A stretch of 34,362 nucleotides of DNA. Origin: an uncultured Candidatus Saccharibacteria bacterium (GTDB taxonomy: Bacteria; Patescibacteriota; Minisyncoccia; UBA11713; 2-01-FULL-45-33). The position numbers and the translations under genes are program-made. Under the pieces are notes generated by a model that worked only from the letters and a program-made list of their open reading frames with translations, ran no database searches and was not told the origin of the DNA. Positions 27,345-34,362 of the stretch are shown here, one piece after another (position 1 is the stretch's first letter; each line of letters starts with the position of its first letter). The DNA lies in NCBI GenBank assembly GCA_964640425.1, contig CAZXFC010000002.1, positions 1 through 34,362 of the forward strand, read 5' to 3'.

Positions 27345-27602
27345 ATGCGCATGAACCATCAAAAACAAGGCTTTATACAAATAATCATAATAATCGTGCT
27401 TTTGGTCATTATTTTAAGCCTTTTGGGAGTATCACTCAGCTCGTTATTTTCCAATCCGATCCTCAAAGATAATTTTGGATTTCTATTTGACTGGATATCG
27501 CACATTTGGACTGCTTATTTAAGTCCAATTTTTCATCAGTACGCAAAAATATTTATGGATTTTATCTGGAAACCGTTCGCATACGGTTTGAAAGAATCAT
27601 AG
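27345..27602 (+). CDS. Small membrane protein with a prepilin-like N-terminus
   Basis: QKQGF followed by a hydrophobic helix; lacks Glu+5. Confidence 0.65.
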   Translation: MRMNHQKQGFIQIIIIIVLLVIILSLLGVSLSSLFSNPILKDNFGFLFDWISHIWTAYLSPIFHQYAKIFMDFIWKPFAYGLKES

Positions 27603-27611
27603 CTTTATATA

Positions 27612-27661
27612 GTCGCAAAAGGCTATTATACAAAACGTCGCAAAATCGACATTGTGCGCAC
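27612..27661. repeat. Two degenerate copies of a GTCGCAnAAT-N3/4-ATTrTrCGAC pseudo-palindrome
   Basis: GTCGCAAAAG-GCT-ATTATACAAA and GTCGCAAAAT-CGAC-ATTGTGCGCAC. Confidence 0.6.
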
Positions 27662-27669
27662 ATTTGTAT

Positions 27670-28191
27670 TTAAAAAAGAAACCGCTTGCCCTCCCATTTA
27701 TGTGGCTTGGTAATCTTCCTAAGCACTACTAAATTTTTTTGAATTTCTTCTAAACGCGCCAGGTTTTCCGGCTCCCAAACAGTTTTAATAAATCCAAAAA
27801 CTCCAGGGCGAACATTGATTTTTTTTCTTTTTGTTTTTAGTATAATCGCAACCGCTTCCTTCCATAGAACAAAATCAAAGCGTTTTTTAGCCTGCAGGTG
27901 ATTTTTTTCAAAAAAAGGCACTACTTTGTTATTTAGATCAGCAACATCAGCTACTTGATATCTGGCAAATCCTCTTTTCGCCACGCTGACAGTACCGCAT
28001 TCCATGGTTTCTTTAATCCTTTTTAGTATATCTATATCATCTTCGCGTAGTACAATACTAAATTGAATTTTCCATAAAAAATATGTCGGTTTATTTTTGC
28101 GCTCATGGCGAACATCACGCCTAAAATGTAAAGCGAAGCAACCTTCTCCGTCTACAAATCCTGCCACGTATTCACCAGAAAGTTTTTCCAC
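27670..28191 (-). CDS. Stand-alone single-motif LAGLIDADG endonuclease
   Basis: YVAGFVDGEGCF, CGTV, PFFEKNHL..KK..DF..W; GTG 28191 preferred over TTG 28257. Confidence 0.88.
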   Translation of the reverse strand: MEKLSGEYVAGFVDGEGCFALHFRRDVRHERKNKPTYFLWKIQFSIVLREDDIDILKRIKETMECGTVSVAKRGFARYQVADVADLNNKVVPFFEKNHLQAKKRFDFVLWKEAVAIILKTKRKKINVRPGVFGFIKTVWEPENLARLEEIQKNLVVLRKITKPHKWEGKRFLF

Positions 28192-28215
28192 AAAAAACAA
28201 ATTATTTTTAATAAT

Positions 28216-28238
28216 GTCGCACAATGCAATTATACGAC
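28216..28238. repeat. 23-bp pseudo-palindrome upstream of the LAGLIDADG gene
   Basis: GTCGCACAAT-GCA-ATTATACGAC. Confidence 0.65.
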
Positions 28239-28278
28239 AACTTCTTTTTAGTTTCAATAAGACGAGTTAAAATAAGGT

Positions 28279-29460
28279 ATGCGAACTTCTTATTCTGCGC
28301 TCGATACTTTCAAACAGTGTCCGCAAAAATTCAAATTCCAAGTCATAGATAAAATAAAAGCGCCGAAATCGATTGAGGCGGTTTTTGGCACCGTCGTACA
28401 CTCTTCGCTCAAGTTCATGTTTTCGCACGATCCGATATTCCCCGCCTTAGACGAGATACTGGCCAACTTTGCCGAATCCTGGCAAGTGTCGTCAAAAAAA
28501 GTTGTACCTGTCTTGGATAAAAATTTAAGCGCGACTTACGAAGAAAGCGGCAAGGGCCTGCTTAAAAATTTTTACAAAAAAAATCAGCCTTGGAATTTTT
28601 CGGTAGTCGATACCGAGTCCAAATTCGAGGTCTTGCTTCCGGCCGAAGACGGCAAAACCCATGTGTTGGCAGGCATCATCGACCGCATCGACAAGCTCGC
28701 CGACGGAGAGTACGAGATAATCGACTACAAGACCAACCGCAAGCTTCCCTCTCAGGCCGCGGTGGATGCGAATACACAGATGTCCATTTATCACATGGCG
28801 CTCACGAAAAGATGGCCCAATATCGATCCGTCAAAAATAAAATTATCTTTATATTTTCTTAAACACGGGGAAAAGCTCTCGTCGTTCCGGCCCGAGGATT
28901 CTTTGAAAGTAGTTGCCGAATCCGTCCTCGCGACAATCCGCGAAATAGAAAAGAGAACTGCGGATAATAAATTTCCGCCCATTACCTCGCCTCTCTGTGA
29001 TTATTGCGCTTACAAGCCGATGTGCCCGGCGTGGAAACATCTGTATAAAAAAGATGCTCTGCCCGCACCGGACGATGTGGAATTGCAATCGGCGCTACAC
29101 GAATACTTTGCGATTAAAGAAAGCGAAAATAAAAATGATAAGCGCATCAAAGAATTGCAAAGTATTGTAAAAGCATACATGGACGCCAACGGAGTCGAGC
29201 GCGTATTTGACGGGCGGGGGTATTATATTTCAAAGAAGCTCCAACAGCGTTTCAAATACGATCTGGATAAAGTAAAAGCGATTTTGCTGGGCGCAAACCT
29301 GCGGGACAAATGGGAGGCATTGCTTGAAGCCGATGAGAAAAAATTAAAAGTTGTCATGGATACTCTCCCCTCCCCCATACAGGCTGAAATTGCGAATCTC
29401 AAAACCCTCTCCAAAGAATTTACGGTTCTTTACGCCTCCACGAAACCGGTGAAGAAATAG
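28279..29460 (+). CDS. PD-(D/E)XK nuclease, RecB/AddB-like with Fe-S cysteines
   Basis: SYS....F.QCP, GIIDRID, IIDYKT, QMSIY and CDYC.....C. Confidence 0.88.
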   Translation: MRTSYSALDTFKQCPQKFKFQVIDKIKAPKSIEAVFGTVVHSSLKFMFSHDPIFPALDEILANFAESWQVSSKKVVPVLDKNLSATYEESGKGLLKNFYKKNQPWNFSVVDTESKFEVLLPAEDGKTHVLAGIIDRIDKLADGEYEIIDYKTNRKLPSQAAVDANTQMSIYHMALTKRWPNIDPSKIKLSLYFLKHGEKLSSFRPEDSLKVVAESVLATIREIEKRTADNKFPPITSPLCDYCAYKPMCPAWKHLYKKDALPAPDDVELQSALHEYFAIKESENKNDKRIKELQSIVKAYMDANGVERVFDGRGYYISKKLQQRFKYDLDKVKAILLGANLRDKWEALLEADEKKLKVVMDTLPSPIQAEIANLKTLSKEFTVLYASTKPVKK

Positions 29461-29498
29461 AAAAGCGGATTTCACTCCGCTTCTTTTTCTCATTCTAA

Positions 29499-29942
29499 CT
29501 AGCGTATTGCCGCAATAATTTTCTTAGCCAAAACGTCAACATTCGTGTTAAATGACGGAAAATAAATGATCTTATCGCAGATCCGCAGCATCGCGTTCAA
29601 ACCCCCGTCCTCCGAAACACGAAAATCCGTCCTTACGCCGATAACCGGCAATTTTTTATTGCGTCCTTTTCTGAAGCCTATTTCAATACATGTGCCCGAG
29701 TCGGCGTCGGCGCCGTCGAGTATTGCGATTGCTATTGGCATTGATTTGGCATTATTCAGGCAGCTTTGCACGATTCCGCCGATATCTATTTTGTCCTTCT
29801 TAATAAATTTATCCGCTTCTTCTTGCGGCAAGACAACTTTAAATTTACCGCGGCCGGCTCTCTCTATCGCGTCTTTCAGCAATTTATTCCAAATTCTTTC
29901 CGCTTGTGTAAAAAGCGGCCCGAACATAATGATCTTCTGCAT
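29499..29942 (-). CDS. Nucleoside 2-deoxyribosyltransferase family protein
   Basis: GPLFTQAER, LPQE, DGADADSGTCIEIG, RTDFR and NAML. Confidence 0.85.
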   Translation of the reverse strand: MQKIIMFGPLFTQAERIWNKLLKDAIERAGRGKFKVVLPQEEADKFIKKDKIDIGGIVQSCLNNAKSMPIAIAILDGADADSGTCIEIGFRKGRNKKLPVIGVRTDFRVSEDGGLNAMLRICDKIIYFPSFNTNVDVLAKKIIAAIR

Positions 29943-29986
29943 ATCGCCACCATAAGAACCCTGAAAAAAGCATAACACGCCGGTCC

Positions 29987-30148
29987 TTATCGTTCTATGG
30001 TCATAGTCGTTTTGGGGGGTGTAATACTTTTAAGCCTCCAGATGCCCAAAATGCCTATTATTGCGAGTAAAACCAGCAAAAACAGGGCTATATCCCAATA
30101 ATGCTTCTCAATCCATGACTTGACCGTATTTATGTATTTTGCTAACAT
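29987..30148 (-). CDS. Small single-TM protein (53 aa, not in ORF track)
   Basis: MLAKYINTVKSWIEKHYWDIALFLLVLLAIIGILGIWRLKSITPPKTTMTIER*. Confidence 0.65.
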   Translation of the reverse strand: MLAKYINTVKSWIEKHYWDIALFLLVLLAIIGILGIWRLKSITPPKTTMTIER

Positions 30149-30150
30149 TG

Positions 30151-30190
30151 TAACTATTAAACTATTTAACTATTCAACGATTTAACTAAT
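30151..30190. repeat. Five tandem 8-mers (consensus TAACTATT)
   Basis: TAACTATT AAACTATT TAACTATT CAACGATT TAACTAAT. Confidence 0.7.
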
Positions 30191-30192
30191 TT

Positions 30193-30465
30193 ATGGCGCA
30201 TACTAAGGCAGGAGGATCGACGCAGAATAATCGTGACTCCCAAGCAAAATATTTAGGTATAAAGCTCTATGCCGGCGAGAAAGCCAAATCCGGCGTAATT
30301 TTGGTCCGTCAGCGCGGGACTAAATTTGTTCCGGGAGCAGGCGTCCGTTTGGGCTCCGACGACACTATTTACGCAATTCGCGAGGGCACTGTCAAATACG
30401 AAACCAAAAGAAAAACTGCATTCGACGGACAGAAAAAATCAGTCAACCTTGTTTCGGTGGTTTAA
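30193..30465 (+). CDS. rpmA: 50S ribosomal protein L27
   Basis: MAHTKAGGSTQNNRDSQAKYLGIK...ILVRQRGTK...DDTIYA. Confidence 0.97.
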   Translation: MAHTKAGGSTQNNRDSQAKYLGIKLYAGEKAKSGVILVRQRGTKFVPGAGVRLGSDDTIYAIREGTVKYETKRKTAFDGQKKSVNLVSVV

Positions 30466-30564
30466 AACGCTAAGAATATAATATTTTTCTTTCCTCGCCT
30501 CGCTTCTGCTCGCTCAGGGTCGCTTGCTAGCGAAACCCGCAAAATATCATATTCTTAGCGTTTT
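30464..30564 (-). repeat. Inverted-repeat element with conserved structured core, copy 1
   Basis: 24-bp arms (23/24 complementary); core related to 31861-31920. Confidence 0.8.
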
Positions 30565-30581
30565 CAATTTTATTATTTTTA

Positions 30582-31067
30582 TTATTGTTTTTTTAATTCC
30601 CTAACTTCAATTTTAACAACCGTCGCCTCAGCGCCGATTTTTATTTTTGCCTCGTGGAGTCCCAACGTTTTAATGGGCGTCTCTATCACAACCATTGATT
30701 CATCCATATTTTCAGGCAAAGGAAATTTAAGGACGTTTAGAGCCTCCAATATTTCTCTTGGGGAAACGGCGGCGTAAAGCGAGACTTCCTGCCCCGCTCC
30801 TTTTTGCGAAATCTCATTGCCTTTCTTTTTTATGACTATCCCCCGCTCCATAAGCGCGGCGCGCAAAGCATGCATAATCTCATGAATGCGTTTTTTTTCG
30901 GCGGTTTGGCTTTTTGATTGCTCTTCAACTTTTTTGATGGCGTCCTCGGTAGCGAGCTCGGCAAGCTTATTGCGAATAAGCATATTTCGGCCGAACCCGT
31001 CGGCTACATCTTTGATCTCCCCGCGCTTTCCCAGCTTGGGTACCTCTTTTAATAAGATTACTTTCAC
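30582..31067 (-). CDS. rplI: 50S ribosomal protein L9
   Basis: MKVILLKEVPKLGKRGEIKDVADGFGRNML...PIKTLG.H. Confidence 0.95.
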   Translation of the reverse strand: MKVILLKEVPKLGKRGEIKDVADGFGRNMLIRNKLAELATEDAIKKVEEQSKSQTAEKKRIHEIMHALRAALMERGIVIKKKGNEISQKGAGQEVSLYAAVSPREILEALNVLKFPLPENMDESMVVIETPIKTLGLHEAKIKIGAEATVVKIEVRELKKQ

Positions 31068-31171
31068 CCCGTTAAAAAATTTACATTATATAATATACCA
31101 ATAGCGACTACTACCGGCAAAGAAACATTATTGCCAACAAAGTTTATTTTAAATTTTTCTACGGGGTTCAT
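31064..31171 (-). CDS. 35-aa element-encoded coupling uORF
   Basis: MNPVEKFKINFVGNNVSLPVVVAIGILYNVNFLTG*; its stop overlaps the rplI GTG. Confidence 0.6.
   Translation of the reverse strand: MNPVEKFKINFVGNNVSLPVVVAIGILYNVNFLTG
31067..31166 (-). mobile_element. 100-bp MITE-like element at the rplI start codon (TGAA duplication)
   Basis: Same length, TIRs and TGAA flanks as 23377-23476. Confidence 0.85.
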
Positions 31172-31178
31172 GGTTTAT

Positions 31179-31207
31179 ATGGTAGCTAAAAAGTCCTAAT
31201 TTTGCAA
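31179..31207 (-). promoter_or_regulatory. Promoter for uORF-rplI (leaderless geometry)
   Basis: TTGCAA-17-TACCAT-7-ATG. Confidence 0.6.
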
Positions 31208-31377
31208 TGAAATTCGGTCCTAAAAATTTAATTCAATATTTAAGGCTAAAATTAAGTAATAAAAATTGTCAAACGCTCATTATACGGCTCTATTACTAGG
31301 TTTTTTAGCTCTTTATTTATAAAAAACTTGATTTTAAAAAAACCTTATTTAGAGCCGTTTTTTTAGATATCATCTAG

Positions 31378-31386
31378 TTATCCACA
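31378..31386 (+). promoter_or_regulatory. DnaA box
   Basis: Perfect TTATCCACA 8 nt upstream of a -35 element. Confidence 0.55.
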
Positions 31387-31394
31387 GCCTTTCA

Positions 31395-31441
31395 TTGACA
31401 ACTCACACATGGAAGAATACACTGGAGTATTAGTTCTTTGA
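31395..31441 (+). promoter_or_regulatory. Sigma70 promoter followed by a boxA-like motif
   Basis: TTGACA-17-TACACT, then AGTTCTTTGA at 31432-31441. Confidence 0.7.
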
Positions 31442-31827
31442 TAGGCGGGTAATAAAGAAAAAAACAACAAGTTGTAATCAACAACTCCCAACACACAATT
31501 AAATACGCACAACCCCAGACAAACCAAACAACCACCAAACAACAGACAAACCACAAACACCCAAAAACTCCAACAACACCAAAACAACCCAAATAAACAC
31601 CAACACAATCAACCCCACAACTTACAACAACCCAAAACATCAACACCCACACCCCAACACTATCCAAACCGCAATCCAACTTATTACCAACAATCCAACA
31701 ACAACCGCCACCAAACCAAACTTCAACTTCCCATAACCAACACGACAAAAAAAACAACCACAAACTCTAAACCATAAATCCAACTCGCCCCGACCACCCA
31801 TGGACCTCTCGCAGGTCCTCTTTTTTT
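31430..31827 (+). ncRNA. Candidate A/C-rich non-coding RNA (unknown family)
   Basis: Bounded by a promoter and a terminator; no ATG-initiated ORF in the tract; GGCGGGT/ACTCGCC closing stem around 332 nt with only 9 G. Confidence 0.5.
31802..31827 (+). terminator. Intrinsic terminator
   Basis: GGACCT-CTCGC-AGGTCC followed by TCTTTTTTT. Confidence 0.7.
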
Positions 31828-31839
31828 GGTTTTTTTAAG

Positions 31840-31942
31840 AACTAAGCAATAAGCCTCTAAGCGGGTTATGCAGCAGCATCCCCGAGCGAGTCCGTCAGCT
31901 GGCGGACGAGGCGAGGAAAGTGAAGAGGCTTATTGCTTAGTT
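31840..31942 (+). repeat. Inverted-repeat element with conserved structured core, copy 2
   Basis: Perfect 19-bp arms AACTAAGCAATAAGCCTCT / AGAGGCTTATTGCTTAGTT; overlaps the S41 protease stop. Confidence 0.8.
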
Positions 31943-33214
31943 AATAGCCTTCAGTACTTCAATGGCTTTCTCCATTTGCGGGTCTTTTTCGGCTTCGGCG
32001 TCTTCCTTTTTGAATTCCACAATAATATCCGGTTCAAGTCCCTTTTCGGATATAGAATCGCCGTTAGGCGTCAGCCATTTTGCAATTGTGATCTTTACGG
32101 CCGTATCCGCAGTTATCGGTACCAATTCCTGCACCGAGCCTTTGCCGAATGTTTTTGCGCCAATGAGTTTTGCCATGCCGTTGTCACGCAAAGCGCCGGC
32201 CAATATTTCTGACGCCGATGCGGAACCCTCATTAACCAAAATTACCATCGGTAAATTCTCGAATATATCGTATCCCCTGCTCCTGTGCGTCTGGATATTA
32301 CCCTTTCCGAAGTCTTCCTGCACGACAACTTTCTCTATTGGCAAAAACCAACTGGCCATATCCACGGCCGCCTCCAAATAACCTCCAGGATTGTTGCGCA
32401 AATCGAGTATCAGCTTGCTTTTACCGCTTGTCACAAAATTGCGCAGAGCATTCCTGAATTGGTCCGGGGAAGTTTCAGAGAAATTATAAAGCCGGATCAG
32501 ATATATGCCATATTGCGCCGCGATATCTTTATATTTATCACCGGGCGCGGGCTTGCCGTCTTCTCCGACTGAAGATTTTTCGGAAGAAGTATCTATAACT
32601 GGAACATTAATAACCGCCCGCTCTATTTCTATGGTCCGCGAGGAATCCTCCCCGTTCCTAACAATGATAAGTTTAACTTTTGTTCCTTTCGGACCCCTGA
32701 TGTAACCTATCGCTTCTTCCAAAGTAATATCCGCGGTCTGATGGTCATCTATTTTCAGAATTTTGTCACCGGCTTTTACGCCCGCTCTTTCTGCCGGAGT
32801 ATCCTTAAGAGGAGCAACCACCGTGAGAATATCCTTTTTCATCCCTACCTCCATACCTACCCCCTCAAAAGCACCCTTTACTTCGCTCTGGAAGGCGGCA
32901 TTTTCTTTAGGTGGAAAAAATACGGTATATGGATCCTCCAACGACTTAAGAAGCCCCTTCATCGCGCCATAAACCATATCCTGGCGCTTCACTTTGTCAA
33001 TATCAACATATTTCTGCTCAATGAGGTCCCAAGCCTGCCAAAATGGCCCGAAATCAGTATTTTCCTGAAACGGTATCGTGGGTCGTTTTCCGATAACCTG
33101 GACCACTTTGTTCTCGCCCGGCAATTTCACGCCGACATACAATCCAAATGAAAATATCAGAACTACGAATACAGCCGCACCGAGCAGCGGCATAAGTTTT
33201 CTCCAAGTCCACAT
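31937..33214 (-). CDS. ctpA: Carboxyl-terminal processing protease (S41A, PDZ domain)
   Basis: DPYT, FEGVG, LDLRNNPGG, SASASEI and TFGKGSVQ. Confidence 0.93.
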   Translation of the reverse strand: MWTWRKLMPLLGAAVFVVLIFSFGLYVGVKLPGENKVVQVIGKRPTIPFQENTDFGPFWQAWDLIEQKYVDIDKVKRQDMVYGAMKGLLKSLEDPYTVFFPPKENAAFQSEVKGAFEGVGMEVGMKKDILTVVAPLKDTPAERAGVKAGDKILKIDDHQTADITLEEAIGYIRGPKGTKVKLIIVRNGEDSSRTIEIERAVINVPVIDTSSEKSSVGEDGKPAPGDKYKDIAAQYGIYLIRLYNFSETSPDQFRNALRNFVTSGKSKLILDLRNNPGGYLEAAVDMASWFLPIEKVVVQEDFGKGNIQTHRSRGYDIFENLPMVILVNEGSASASEILAGALRDNGMAKLIGAKTFGKGSVQELVPITADTAVKITIAKWLTPNGDSISEKGLEPDIIVEFKKEDAEAEKDPQMEKAIEVLKAIN

Positions 33215-33277
33215 GTAACCTATTATCCCAAGAATCTTTTTGTATTACAATAGTATTGTCATCTAAAGAACAGAAAC

Positions 33278-34362
33278 ATGAACGATATTTTCATACAGTT
33301 AAGCTCTCTCCTGGCGGTTACGGTAGGAGTTGCTTTTTTTATAAGAATGCTCCGTCAGCCGCTGATCATTGCATACATTTTTGCCGGCATTATCGGCGGT
33401 CCTTTTATTCTCAATCTTTTTAGCGGAAACCGCGAGATGTACGGGGCGTTCGCGCAATTCGGCGTTGTTCTGCTTTTATTTATTATCGGGCTCAATCTTA
33501 ACTTCAATTACTTAAAATCTGTCGGAAAAGTTTCCCTGATCACAGGTCTCGGCCAGATCATATTTACAGCGGGCATCGGCGCGGCTTTGCTCCTCGCCAT
33601 GAATACGGAACTTAAAGCGGCGCTATACCTGGCTGTGGCCATCACTTTCTCGAGCACCATTATCATAATGAAACTTCTGTCGGACAAGAAAGACACCGAT
33701 ACCGTCTACGGCCGCCATACCATCGGTTTAATGCTGGTGCAGGACGTAATCGCGGTCATACTGGTAATATCTCTCGGGATAGCGGCAAACGAAAATATAG
33801 CCGGACCGGAAGCGGTCGGTTTGTTCGCCGCCAAACTTGCGCTTGCCGCCGCCGGCCTGTATCTTATCCAAAAATTCATATTGCACAAAATACTCGACAA
33901 GATTGCCGATTCGGGAGAGCTCCTGTTTCTCTTTACGCTCACCTGGTGCTTCGGCGCGGCAAGCTTCCTGTATTCGCTCGGCTTCTCCCTTGAGATAGGG
34001 GCTATCGCAGCCGGTATCGCGCTGAGCTCTTCAGCATATCAGCCGGAGATAGGAAGCCGCATCAAGCCATTGAGAGATTTTTTTCTGATTCTTTTCTTTA
34101 TAGTGCTAGGCAGTGAAATGGGGTTAAGTTCGCTTGAGGCGATATTTGTGCCGGCCGCAGTTCTTTCGGTTTTTATCCTCATTGGAAATCCATTCATTCT
34201 ATACATTCTCTTTCGCCGCCTGAAATTCACAAGGCGCAACAGCTTTCTTGCCGGCCTAACCGCGGCGCAGGTCAGCGAATTCGGCTTCGTCCTGTTGTTC
34301 GCAGGCCGCCGTGCAGGACACCTTGAAAGCAACGAAGTGGCCATTTTCACCGCCGTAGCAAT
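33278..34362 (+). CDS. CPA2/Kef-type cation:proton antiporter (3' truncated, not in ORF track)
   Basis: MNDIFIQL...LRQPLIIAYIFAGII.GP, GVVLLLFIIGL, FSST, LVQD, PLRDFF and QVSEF. Confidence 0.9.
   Translation, partial: MNDIFIQLSSLLAVTVGVAFFIRMLRQPLIIAYIFAGIIGGPFILNLFSGNREMYGAFAQFGVVLLLFIIGLNLNFNYLKSVGKVSLITGLGQIIFTAGIGAALLLAMNTELKAALYLAVAITFSSTIIIMKLLSDKKDTDTVYGRHTIGLMLVQDVIAVILVISLGIAANENIAGPEAVGLFAAKLALAAAGLYLIQKFILHKILDKIADSGELLFLFTLTWCFGAASFLYSLGFSLEIGAIAAGIALSSSAYQPEIGSRIKPLRDFFLILFFIVLGSEMGLSSLEAIFVPAAVLSVFILIGNPFILYILFRRLKFTRRNSFLAGLTAAQVSEFGFVLLFAGRRAGHLESNEVAIFTAVA

Noticed and set aside
27603-28278. Group I intron or intein hosting the LAGLIDADG
   Set aside because: The flanking genes are complete and the spacers are under 90 bp, with no room for a ribozyme core.
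13936-29460. CRISPR-Cas system (Cas2-like and Cas4-like proteins)
   Set aside because: No repeat-spacer array or cas1. The two genes are ~14 kb apart and fit PaaX-like and RecB/AddB-like families.
31172-31390. oriC
   Set aside because: AT-rich, but only one clear DnaA box and no dnaA/dnaN; insufficient evidence.
31378-31763. Minus-strand ORFs rich in W/C/V/G/F (123 aa and 76 aa)
   Set aside because: By-product of the G/T-rich antisense of the A/C tract; the promoter and terminator point the other way.
31430-31942. tmRNA, RNase P RNA or a DGR template repeat
   Set aside because: No T-arm or tRNA-like ends. GAGGAAAG is not followed by TCC and no other RNase P conserved regions are visible. 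There is no reverse transcriptase or matching variable repeat in the window.
1-34362. Alternative genetic code (TGA=Gly)
   Set aside because: Conserved genes are full length under code 11, and TGA terminates several of them (e.g. mraY, scpA, the histidine kinase).

Overview
Gene-dense bacterial chromosomal segment, standard code 11 (TGA used as stop). Gene content and style suggest a Patescibacteria/CPR (Parcubacteria-like) genome; this is inference, based on the short GAD-less AspRS, PaaX/Cas2-like gene, stand-alone LAGLIDADG, RAYT and mostly leaderless starts. It carries housekeeping genes (aspS, scpA/scpB, mraY, ftsW, murG, gltX, rpmA, rplI, S41 protease, tRNA-Lys), lipid/glycosyl-modifying genes, a tryptophanase and several orphan cassettes. 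The most interesting signals are non-coding. (1) A 100-bp MITE-like element sits at the ATGAA start of both murG and rplI, with a TGAA duplication. In both copies it forms an intact 35-codon ORF running from the host ATG to a TGA that overlaps a new GTG start, apparently relaying ribosomes to the host gene; a collapsed 8-bp relic may sit at the aspS start. (2) A ~330-nt, ~88% A+C tract lies between a promoter with a boxA-like motif and a terminator, closed by a 7-bp stem; it is a candidate novel ncRNA. (3) Two ~100-bp elements have unrelated long inverted arms but share a covarying structured core. (4) Three different nuclease-like genes (RAYT, PaaX/Cas2-like, LAGLIDADG) are each bracketed by their own palindromic site family, and short palindromes sit in frame inside essential genes.
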